DNA from: an uncultured Clostridia bacterium
GTDB taxonomy: Bacteria > Bacillota > Clostridia > Christensenellales > UBA1242
Length of the DNA: 64,000 bases
NCBI GenBank assembly: GCA_947588355.1
Contig: CANPYI010000001.1
Location: forward strand, 77,771-141,770
Direction: 5' to 3'
Made by a program: the position numbers and the translations under genes. Positions 56,476 to 64,000 of the stretch are shown here, in pieces; position 1 is the first letter of the stretch, and each line of letters begins with the position of its first letter. The notes under the pieces are model-generated. The model was not told the DNA's origin, did no database searches, and was given only the letters and a program-made list of their open reading frames with translations.

Positions 56476-56934
56476 TTACTTGTGATAACTTTTGCCATTC
56501 AAAATCGTAAATGCGCGATACAATTGTTCCAAAAGCATAATGCGAAACAGATTGTGAGGAAAAGTCATTTTTGAAAAAGAAATTTTTTGATGTGCATGCT
56601 TTCGCACATTTTCACTTACACCAAAACTGCCACCAACAACAAATGTTAAAACTGAATTTGTCAACGAAAGTTTTTCAAGATTTTGAGCAAAATCTTCGCT
56701 TGAAAGTTGAGGGGAATTTATATCACACAAAATCACATGCCCTTTAAGATTTTTGCAAATTTCTTCCCCCTCTTTTTCGATGACAACAAGAGGATTGTCA
56801 AATTGATTTTGTTCTTTGATTTCAATTATGTTCAATTTGCAAAAAGCAGACAAGCGCTTCAAGTATTCGGCCTGTTCTTCACGCGAAAATTTTTCTTTCA
56901 GATTCCCTACACAAACAAGATTTATTGTCAACAT
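56476..56934 (-). CDS. rlmH: 23S rRNA (pseudouridine1915-N3)-methyltransferase
   Basis: 152 aa SPOUT protein, VGGSFGVSENV...SFSKMTFPHNLFRIMLLEQLYRAF. Confidence 0.9.
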   Translation of the reverse strand: MLTINLVCVGNLKEKFSREEQAEYLKRLSAFCKLNIIEIKEQNQFDNPLVVIEKEGEEICKNLKGHVILCDINSPQLSSEDFAQNLEKLSLTNSVLTFVVGGSFGVSENVRKHAHQKISFSKMTFPHNLFRIMLLEQLYRAFTILNGKSYHK

Positions 56935-56965
56935 TTTTCTTCCGTCTCCCCACCCTAATTTTTCT

Positions 56966-58135
56966 CTATCTCATAATTCCCCAAATAAAAGTCATAAAAG
57001 TGACAATGGCACCCAGCACGATGGAACCCCAAAGCAAAATTTTGGTTTTTAGTTCAAGTTGTTTCAAAGATTTTTCTGAACATTCATTAGTTTCGTCACA
57101 GACGATGTTTTGAGTGTTCTTTTCAAAATTTTTGCTTACAAAATTGACAAACTGCGAAAGGTCAAGATAGACCACTTGTCTTTCCGCCTTAAACATTGGA
57201 CTGATTTCTGTCTGACCATTTTTAATGTTTTCAATTTGTTTGAAGTAACTTTCACGTATAGCCATATTTGCAAGTTGTTTTTGACGTTTTTCAAACGAAT
57301 ATTTGAAACTTTCTTTGATGATAAATTTTGTTAATTCCATGCCAATCACAACAAACAGTGCCAACAAAAGCACAAAGAAAATCCCTCCAAGTACAACATT
57401 TTTTGAAGAAAAATTTGAAATCCAACCAAAAATGTTTCCTATCGCCCAGCCTTTTTTTGCAGCAAAACTTAAAAACACCGAAACACCATTGTTCATAAAG
57501 TGAACAATCATGCAAGGATAGATGGAGTTGCAAGCCCAGCACAAATATCCCAAAAACGCACCTATGATTGTTGCATAGAAAAATTGTTCTATATTAAGGT
57601 GCAAAAGTCCGAACAAAACACTTGAAATCAAGATAGATTTCTTTATTCCAAGATTGGAATTGCCTTTCAAAAGCATTCCACGATGCAAGGTTTCTTCACA
57701 AATGCCGGGCAAAACTGCTGTGGTGATGAGGTCCAAAACAAACGCCCACCATGTCACAGGCAAATCCGCTCCACTTGCACTGTTTGGCTTAAACCCTAAA
57801 AATCGGATAATAGAATTGAAAAAACTTGAAACATAAACATTCAGAAAAAACACCACAAAACCCAAAGCAAACGAAACTGCAATCACTTTCCAAGAGGTTT
57901 TTTTGAAAGTAAAAAAATTGAAAGTGTTTTTGAACGAAGTTTTGTTTAATGTCTTAAAAAGCAAAACAGGAAGCAGAAAAATTATGCCTATTTGAGTGAC
58001 AAAACTCATCACAGTACTTGCCCAAACGCCCAAAAAATTAAATGCGCCCAAACTTGAAGCGATACGCAAAAGCACAAACAGACAAATCACGACAAAATAT
58101 ATCAAATGTGTGTTAAATTGTATTTTTTTAAGCAT
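56966..58135 (-). CDS. CPBP family intramembrane glutamic endopeptidase
   Basis: GICEETLHRG, FGLLHLN, HFMNN motifs. Polytopic, with a long C-terminal extension. Start at ATG 58135 after GGGAG. Confidence 0.8.
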   Translation of the reverse strand: MLKKIQFNTHLIYFVVICLFVLLRIASSLGAFNFLGVWASTVMSFVTQIGIIFLLPVLLFKTLNKTSFKNTFNFFTFKKTSWKVIAVSFALGFVVFFLNVYVSSFFNSIIRFLGFKPNSASGADLPVTWWAFVLDLITTAVLPGICEETLHRGMLLKGNSNLGIKKSILISSVLFGLLHLNIEQFFYATIIGAFLGYLCWACNSIYPCMIVHFMNNGVSVFLSFAAKKGWAIGNIFGWISNFSSKNVVLGGIFFVLLLALFVVIGMELTKFIIKESFKYSFEKRQKQLANMAIRESYFKQIENIKNGQTEISPMFKAERQVVYLDLSQFVNFVSKNFEKNTQNIVCDETNECSEKSLKQLELKTKILLWGSIVLGAIVTFMTFIWGIMR

Positions 58136-58198
58136 GTGCACTCCCAAAATGACAAATTCGCCAACAATCGACAAAACTTCACTACAAATAATATACTC

Positions 58199-59248
58199 TC
58201 ACGGCAGGAAATTTATAACAAGCATCATCACGGTCAAAATTATGCCACAAACCATCGTAAAAGGCAATTTTCCCGCCATGATAGTTTTGTTGTTTTGATC
58301 TTCAGCCAAAACTTGAGATTTTGTTTCAAGTTTTTCGTGCTTGCAAAGATAAAAACGATACAAAATATAAATAATCATGCAAGTGACTATTGCCAACAAA
58401 ATAGCACACAAAACACCCCACCAAGAAAGATTGAACACCTCACTTGAATTTTGAATGTTGTTAAGATTGAAAATAAAGTTGAGCACTATTGTAGTGAAAT
58501 TGTTGAACATATGCAAGATCATTGGATATACAATATTGCCGGTGTGTTCCATCAAGGTAGCAAGAATAATTCCAAGAATAAACGGATAAATCAACTGCTC
58601 AATATTTTGATGCATCAATGCAAACAACATTGAAGACAAAGAAATGGCTGTCCATTTGCCAAAACTGTTTTTAAGTCCACCGAAAATAATCCCACGAAAC
58701 AACAGTTCTTCGCAGATGGCAGGCACAACGCCCAAAATAAGCAAATTGACAAACAACCACCCCACATTGTCAAGTGGCAAAGACATGAATGACGACTTGT
58801 GACCGATAGCATTGTAAAACTTTTCAATCAAGTTTCCAAAACAGCCCTCTATCAGCCAAACAAAGCCAAGCACACACACAATTCCTGTCAACGCTGACAA
58901 AACAAATGTCCAAACATTCAATTTTTTCACCGAAAAACCTGTTGATGAAAAGGAAATCTTGCATACTTTGTGATACACACACCAAACGGAAAGGAAAACA
59001 ACTTCCGAAATGAGCATATACGGAATACAAAATGCCATGTTTTTGGATAATTCAGTTGCCAAGTCACTGTTTTCAGGCACAGGCATTTTTGTCATTGTGG
59101 CAATAGCCATGGCAATATAAGAAACCAAAATGGACAATCCTAAAGACACGATGATTGCCAAAAGAAAAACCATTCCACTGTCCTTTAAAGTGTAGAAATT
59201 TCTTCTGTCAAAAGTTTTGATTTTTTTTGTTTCATTTGTTGTGTTCAT
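58199..59248 (-). CDS. CPBP family intramembrane glutamic endopeptidase (second paralog)
   Basis: AICEELLFRG, FALMHQN, HMFNN motifs. Start at ATG 59248 (MNTTNETKK). The ORF-track extension would overlap the tadA start. Confidence 0.75.
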   Translation of the reverse strand: MNTTNETKKIKTFDRRNFYTLKDSGMVFLLAIIVSLGLSILVSYIAMAIATMTKMPVPENSDLATELSKNMAFCIPYMLISEVVFLSVWCVYHKVCKISFSSTGFSVKKLNVWTFVLSALTGIVCVLGFVWLIEGCFGNLIEKFYNAIGHKSSFMSLPLDNVGWLFVNLLILGVVPAICEELLFRGIIFGGLKNSFGKWTAISLSSMLFALMHQNIEQLIYPFILGIILATLMEHTGNIVYPMILHMFNNFTTIVLNFIFNLNNIQNSSEVFNLSWWGVLCAILLAIVTCMIIYILYRFYLCKHEKLETKSQVLAEDQNNKTIMAGKLPFTMVCGIILTVMMLVINFLP

Positions 59249-59284
59249 GGACAAAATTATATCACATAAATCGCAAAAAAGCAA
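59249..59284 (-). promoter_or_regulatory. promoter abutting the ATG of the second CPBP gene (leaderless candidate)
   Basis: Minus strand TTGCTT(59284-59279)-17 nt-TATAAT(59261-59256, TGA upstream)-TTTGTCC-ATG(59248). Confidence 0.45.
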
Positions 59285-59292
59285 ACAAACAC

Positions 59293-59327
59293 TGGACAAA
59301 AAAGTCGAAATGTTGTAAAATGTCGCC
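59293..59327 (+). promoter_or_regulatory. promoter abutting the tadA ATG (leaderless candidate)
   Basis: TGGACA(59293-59298)-17 nt-TAAAAT(59316-59321)-GTCGCC-ATG(59328). No SD. Confidence 0.5.
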
Positions 59328-59783
59328 ATGAAGACAAACCAAATCACAGATTTTATGCAAATTGCAATATTGCAAGCACAAAAGGCTTTTCAAAAAGGTG
59401 AAGTGCCTGTTGGCGCAGTGATCGTGCAAGACGGCAAAGTGATTGCCAAGGCTTACAACATGCGTGAAAAAAAGCAAAACGCACTTTTGCATGCGGAGAT
59501 TTTGTGCATAAACCATGCATGCAAAAAATTGCACAGTTGGAGGTTGGAAAATTGCCAAATGTATGTCACACTTGAGCCATGTCCTATGTGCGCCGGCGCA
59601 ATTGTGAATGCTCGACTTTCAAAAGTGACCTATGCTTGCAAGCAAAACACTTCAAGCGACAATCTTTTTGAGGAAATTTTGCAGAGCAATCGACTTAACC
59701 ATACCTGTGCTTTTTGCCAAGATAAAAAGTACGAAAGGCAGTCATCTTCTCTTATCACCGATTTTTTTAAGTCAAAAAGATGA
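59328..59783 (+). CDS. tadA: tRNA adenosine(34) deaminase
   Basis: EVPVGAVIV, HAEILCI, PCPMCAGAI zinc motifs, 151 aa. Confidence 0.9.
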   Translation: MKTNQITDFMQIAILQAQKAFQKGEVPVGAVIVQDGKVIAKAYNMREKKQNALLHAEILCINHACKKLHSWRLENCQMYVTLEPCPMCAGAIVNARLSKVTYACKQNTSSDNLFEEILQSNRLNHTCAFCQDKKYERQSSSLITDFFKSKR

Positions 59784-59923
59784 ACATTCACACTGTTTTT
59801 TAGGTGCACAAAATATTTTTTAAAATTTTTGTACAATTTTATTTTTTTTCTTGTTTTCAGTTGTCGAATTATGATATAATGTTTGTGAATTTGCAGAATT
59901 GCACAAAATTAAAGAGGTGTTCT

Positions 59924-61111
59924 ATGACAAAAAAAGCACAAGATTTTGGAAAACTTACAAAAACTGAAACAGACTGCCTGAACTTGCTTGAAAGTTTAGG
60001 TATTTATGAATTGCGTGCCCTCGCCCGTATTTTTGGCGACAACAGTCCAACAACACTCAAGCGCGGTGACCACATAAACATTGTTATGAACAAGATTATT
60101 TCCGGTGAAGACCTCAAACCAATACCAATGCGACAAGGCAGACCATACAAAGAACTTTCAAATATAGAAGGCATTTTGACCGAACTTTCGCAAATCGCTG
60201 GAAAAGACTATACCCTCAAAACCAATCAATCTGGCAGCACAACACGTGTGCCAAAGATTGTCACCTTCCGTCAACTTGAAAACAACATTTTTGAGCAAAA
60301 ATTGTTTCCTATTGATGTCAAAGGTGTTTTGCGTGAAAAAAGTCCAAAAGAATTTTATATAAAAAACCAAAGCAATGGAAAAATGGTGCTTATTCGCAAA
60401 GATTTTGACACTCGCCTCAAAGAATTTGACTACATCACCGGCACTGCTGTGATCATGAATCAAGAAAAAGAGTATATGATCGAAAACATCAAGTCAATCA
60501 ATTTTCAGTCAGCAAAAACATACAAAGATATCGTTGCCCCTTACAGTGAGCCTGTTTCTCCAACAAAAAAATTTGCTTTTGCCAAAACAGAGATATTGCT
60601 TGGTGGCAGATATGTTTGCAAAGCATCAAAATTTTCTGAGATTTCATCAACAATAAAAAGCGTCAACAAAAAATTGAACGAAAACAAGATTGTCTCGCTT
60701 GCGCTTGTGCCAAATCTTATGCCTGAAGACGAAAATTTGGTTCAATCACTTGGCTTTAACACAGTTTTTTCAACAAGATATGACGAAAGGCCCCTTGACG
60801 CATACGAAACTATATTAAATTTTGCAAGTTGCGTGCAAAGGCTCCAACAACAAGGTGTGAATATTGCCTTGTTTGTCGAAGATTTTGTCACTTTGTCGAA
60901 TATTGTGGATTTCGCCTTCAAAAGCAACACAAAAGCACTTATGGGTCACACTGAGTCTGCTGTTGAGACCATAAAAAATATCGTTCTTTTGGCAAGAGCA
61001 AGTCAAAATGGAGTTTCAACAACTTTGTTTACAACTTTTGAAGATTGTGACATGTTTGACCCGACATATATTTCTTCAGTTTACAAGATATCCAAAAAAA
61101 TTGGTGGATAA
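59924..61111 (+). CDS. Rho-like protein with degenerate P-loop (pseudo-ATPase candidate)
   Basis: 395 aa from ATG 59924 after AAAGAGG. Collinear by eye with Rho: Rho_N-like LESLGIYELRALARIFG...ISGEDL; OB/CSD-like KGVLREKSPKEFYIKN...LIRKDF...ITGTAV; RecA-like VSLALVPNLMPEDENL...STRYDERP...NIALFVEDFVTLSNIV...GVSTTLFTTFED. The Walker A position reads GGRYVCKASKFSEIS, with no GK[TS]. Confidence 0.5.
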   Translation: MTKKAQDFGKLTKTETDCLNLLESLGIYELRALARIFGDNSPTTLKRGDHINIVMNKIISGEDLKPIPMRQGRPYKELSNIEGILTELSQIAGKDYTLKTNQSGSTTRVPKIVTFRQLENNIFEQKLFPIDVKGVLREKSPKEFYIKNQSNGKMVLIRKDFDTRLKEFDYITGTAVIMNQEKEYMIENIKSINFQSAKTYKDIVAPYSEPVSPTKKFAFAKTEILLGGRYVCKASKFSEISSTIKSVNKKLNENKIVSLALVPNLMPEDENLVQSLGFNTVFSTRYDERPLDAYETILNFASCVQRLQQQGVNIALFVEDFVTLSNIVDFAFKSNTKALMGHTESAVETIKNIVLLARASQNGVSTTLFTTFEDCDMFDPTYISSVYKISKKIGG

Positions 61112-61116
61112 TTTGT

Positions 61117-61153
61117 TTGACAATTTCAAATATTGTTTTCTATACTAATAAAT
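61117..61153 (+). promoter_or_regulatory. promoter abutting the lgt ATG (leaderless candidate)
   Basis: TTGACA(61117-61122)-18 nt-TATACT(61141-61146)-AATAAAT-ATG(61154). No SD. Confidence 0.5.
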
Positions 61154-61978
61154 ATGGAAAGTGCGTTGTCAATACCAAGTGGCTTTTATATCGGTGACTT
61201 GAAAATAAATTTCTATGGCATCATAAGTGCCTTATCTTATCTTTTGGGTGTACTAATCACGATCAAAAACAGCAAACGACGCGGATTTAAAACGGAAGAC
61301 ATACTCACCTTGGCTTGTTATGTGATTCCTTTGTGCATAATTGGTGCAAGGATATACTATGTTGTTTTCAGTTTGGACAAATACACAAACTTTTGGGACG
61401 TTTTCAAAATTTGGGAAGGCGGCTTGGCGTTTTATGGCGGTTTGATTGGCGGAGCACTTGGTGTTGTTGCATATTGCCTTATCCACAAAAAAAATTTTTT
61501 GGCACTTGCTGACATCATCGTGCCGTCACTCATATGTGCGCAAGCACTTGGTCGTTGGGGAAACTTTTTCAATCAAGAAGCATACGGCTATGCAGTCACC
61601 GACCCCGCTTGGCAATGGTTTCCGTTTGCGGTGTATATAGATGGCAATGGCTGGCATTTGGCAACCTTTTTCTATGAAAGTTTGTGGAACTTTGTCTCTT
61701 TTTGTGTGTTGATGCTTATGCTTTATCGTGTCAACTTCAAACAAAACGGTTTTGTCGCCTTTTCATATCTTGTTTTGTATGGAATCGGCCGTGCAATCAT
61801 TGAAGGTTTGCGTACTGACAGTTTGTATTTAGGAAGTTTCCGTGTTTCACAAATTTTGAGCATCGTTTTTATCGCAATAGGCGTGATGGGGCTTTTTGCT
61901 TTGACATTAAAAAGCAAAAAATCAACCAAAAAAGATGTCACCGAAAAAATAATAGAGATATTAAAAAAAGACTTGTAA
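61154..61978 (+). CDS. lgt: prolipoprotein diacylglyceryl transferase
   Basis: GARIYYV, WEGGLAFYGG, GRWGNFFNQEAYG. Start taken at ATG 61154; the ORF-track TTG at 61133 lies inside the promoter. Confidence 0.9.
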   Translation: MESALSIPSGFYIGDLKINFYGIISALSYLLGVLITIKNSKRRGFKTEDILTLACYVIPLCIIGARIYYVVFSLDKYTNFWDVFKIWEGGLAFYGGLIGGALGVVAYCLIHKKNFLALADIIVPSLICAQALGRWGNFFNQEAYGYAVTDPAWQWFPFAVYIDGNGWHLATFFYESLWNFVSFCVLMLMLYRVNFKQNGFVAFSYLVLYGIGRAIIEGLRTDSLYLGSFRVSQILSIVFIAIGVMGLFALTLKSKKSTKKDVTEKIIEILKKDL

Positions 61979-61982
61979 AAAT

Positions 61983-62522
61983 ATGTTTTACTTTCTTTTT
62001 TTTTGCAATAATTTTAATATGCAGAAAGGTAGAATTTTTGGAATTAAAAAAAGTACTATCTTAAGGGCTTTTTGCCTACTTTTTTTGTTGGCATTTGTGA
62101 CATATGTTTTCCTTTCGGTGTTTTTGCTGAAAAATAATGTGCTTTGGTTTTTTGCATTCTGTATTTTTGTTGGCGTGGTGCAACTTGTAAAAAGTTTTTT
62201 GTTTAGATTTGACAGTGCTTTGTATCTTGGAACGCTGTTGAGTATGATTGGCATCTTTGGACATGTTTTTGTGCTGACAAACACGTTCGCCTATGCCCCG
62301 TATTTTATTGCATTGTCTTTTATCGCGGCTTCCATTGTGACATATATTTTGTGCCATCAAAAATTTCAACTTATTGTTGCTTTTTCGATATTTTTTGTCA
62401 CGATTTATTTTCTGTTATGGACAAAAAATTTGATAACAACCTCAAATTTGATTGCATTTGTCCTGCCGTTTTTGTTATTATTGTTGTTGGAGATTGTTTT
62501 GATATGTTTTCACAAGAAATGA
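61983..62522 (+). CDS. hypothetical polytopic membrane protein
   Basis: About 5 hydrophobic segments, no motif recognised. Start uncertain (an ATG at 62019 is an alternative). The 3' end overlaps the next gene by 19 nt. Confidence 0.5.
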   Translation: MFYFLFFCNNFNMQKGRIFGIKKSTILRAFCLLFLLAFVTYVFLSVFLLKNNVLWFFAFCIFVGVVQLVKSFLFRFDSALYLGTLLSMIGIFGHVFVLTNTFAYAPYFIALSFIAASIVTYILCHQKFQLIVAFSIFFVTIYFLLWTKNLITTSNLIAFVLPFLLLLLLEIVLICFHKK

Positions 62523-63151
62523 ATGGTTACAACAAAGAGGAAGTCGATCTTTTCATAAAGCGCATGAAAGCGAGTTATGAGTCCAAACTTATGGAAGAAA
62601 AACTCAAAGCACTTGAAAGTGAAAGACGCCTTTTGGATTTGAAAAACGAGCGCTCTGAGATAGAAAACAAGGAAAAAAATATCCTCAACGCTCTTTCTGT
62701 GATAGAAAAAGCAAAAAAGTTTCAAGAGGAAGGCTCCCAAAACTTAAACAATTTGATTATGGACAAACTTGAACTTCTGGTGAAGGAACTTAACTTGAGA
62801 TTTCCACTTTTGATGCGTGACCAAAATTTTGAAGACATAATGAGCGAATTTTCTAACATGATAAATGACTACAAAACAAATTTTGAAAAAATGCAGGATA
62901 TCACAAAGCCAATCTTTTCAAACAACGACAGCATGCGCCTTCTTTTAAACAAAATGCAAGACTACAAAAAGCAAGAGCCTGTCAAGGAAAGTTTGACCAA
63001 AGAAGTGCATATTCAAACAAGCAGAAAAAGTTTGAAAGATTTTCCTGTCAGTGAAAGCGGCTTCAGTTTTGAAGAGGCATTAAATCCGACCGAAGATTTG
63101 TCGGAAATCATGAAAGCGTTTGATTTTTACAACGACCAATCAAACGACTGA
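62504..63151 (+). CDS. DivIVA domain-containing protein
   Basis: N-terminal FSQEMNGYNKEEVDLFI (DivIVA-type motif) followed by coiled coil. Start at ATG 62504. Confidence 0.65.
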   Translation: MFSQEMNGYNKEEVDLFIKRMKASYESKLMEEKLKALESERRLLDLKNERSEIENKEKNILNALSVIEKAKKFQEEGSQNLNNLIMDKLELLVKELNLRFPLLMRDQNFEDIMSEFSNMINDYKTNFEKMQDITKPIFSNNDSMRLLLNKMQDYKKQEPVKESLTKEVHIQTSRKSLKDFPVSESGFSFEEALNPTEDLSEIMKAFDFYNDQSND

Positions 63152-63172
63152 AATATTTAAGGAGAAAAAACG

Positions 63173-63424
63173 ATGATTGAATACAAATTTGACACACAAC
63201 TTTTATTGGAAGGCAAAAACCTTTCTGACGAGGAAATAAAAAACTACATAACAAAAAACATTCAAGGTGATTGTTTGCTTGTTGTCGGCGATGATGAAAT
63301 GATTCGCCTGCATTTTCACACAAACACACCGTGGAAAGTTTTGGAATATTGCGACAGTCTTGGCGATATTCAAGATATTGTTGTAGAAAATATGGAAAGA
63401 CAAGCAAATGGTCTTAATGGCTGA
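63173..63424 (+). CDS. small protein resembling the C-terminal domain of FakA/YloV (DAK2-fusion) proteins
   Basis: 83 aa, GDCLLVVGDDEMIRLHFHTNTPWKVLEYCDSLGDIQDIVVENMERQ. Resemblance judged by eye. Confidence 0.4.
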   Translation: MIEYKFDTQLLLEGKNLSDEEIKNYITKNIQGDCLLVVGDDEMIRLHFHTNTPWKVLEYCDSLGDIQDIVVENMERQANGLNG

Positions 63425-63425
63425 T

Positions 63426-64000
63426 TTATAACGGAATTTTGCATAAAAGCATAATTGCTATGCACAACATTCCGCTTGTCACACCGATAAGATATTGCAA
63501 AAACAAAACACCAAAGTTTTTAAGCGGGTATTTTTTGTTTCGTGTCCACAAAATAACAACTCCAACGCCCGCTCCCGCCGTCAGTCCTGCAAGAAGTGCC
63601 GGAAAACAGAGCGTTCCAAAGATATATAATTCCACCAGAAGAACTGAGGAAGCACAATTTGGTATAAGACCAACCAAACTTGCAATAACAACTTGCAAGT
63701 AAGGATTTGTTGTCAAAAAGTTTTCCAAAACTTCGGTTCCACAATATCCAATCACCAAATTCAAGGCAAAAGTTGCCACAAAGATGTATATAAGCACACT
63801 GAACGTATGCAAAAATGCGTCAATAAAAACGTTGTTTACACAACAGTCACCGTGCTGGCAATCGTCTTCACAATAGTCAGTGTGAATATGTCCGCATTCA
63901 TGAATATGATTGTGAAGATGTTCCTCATGTTGTGGCTGAATATCGTTTGTTTCAAGTTTACTTTTTTTGGATAATTTAGACTTTTGAAGTGCAAAAATAG
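63426..64000 (-). CDS. polytopic permease with His/Cys-rich loop (5' end beyond window)
   Basis: My translation shows the frame stays open upstream of the ORF-track TTG (63812) to the window edge: ...QPQHEEHLHNHIHECGHIHTDYCEDDCQHGDCCVNNVFIDAFLHTFSVLIY. The C-terminal TM region contains GLIPNCASSVLL. Confidence 0.55.
   Translation of the reverse strand, partial: IFALQKSKLSKKSKLETNDIQPQHEEHLHNHIHECGHIHTDYCEDDCQHGDCCVNNVFIDAFLHTFSVLIYIFVATFALNLVIGYCGTEVLENFLTTNPYLQVVIASLVGLIPNCASSVLLVELYIFGTLCFPALLAGLTAGAGVGVVILWTRNKKYPLKNFGVLFLQYLIGVTSGMLCIAIMLLCKIPL

Overview
AT-rich, very gene-dense core-genome segment of a low-GC endospore-forming Firmicute (Clostridia-like). About 80 CDS, roughly 70 of them on the minus strand, in blocks syntenic with Bacillus/Clostridium: ruvCAB-queA-tgt, infC-rpmI-rplT, xseAB-nusB-asp23, a complete spoIIIAA-AH operon, ylxM-ffh-rpsP-rimM-trmD, rimP-nusA-ylxR-ylxQ-infB-rbfA-nrnA-truB and rpsB-tsf-frr-uppS-cdsA-rseP. 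There is one long-form SRP RNA. I saw no rRNA, tRNA, CRISPR array, transposase, integrase or recognisable defence island. Signals worth a second look: (1) eight same-polarity copies of a conserved imperfect palindrome confined to intergenic spacers (REP-like); (2) at least seven genes whose near-consensus sigma-A promoter puts the -10 box 6-8 nt from the ATG with no Shine-Dalgarno (leaderless candidates); (3) a 525-aa protein at the syntenic polC position with PolC-like N-terminal, OB and DEDDh exonuclease parts but no PHP or polymerase modules; (4) a Rho-like protein with a degenerate P-loop; (5) an orphan 845-aa ORF with its own promoter and terminator; (6) a nucleotidyltransferase-like ORF plus a small basic protein downstream of gap; (7) a thymidine kinase with an unassigned 120-aa C-terminal extension; (8) pyrH and dxr missing from their usual slots. 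All calls come from reading translations and motifs by eye; no searches were run.
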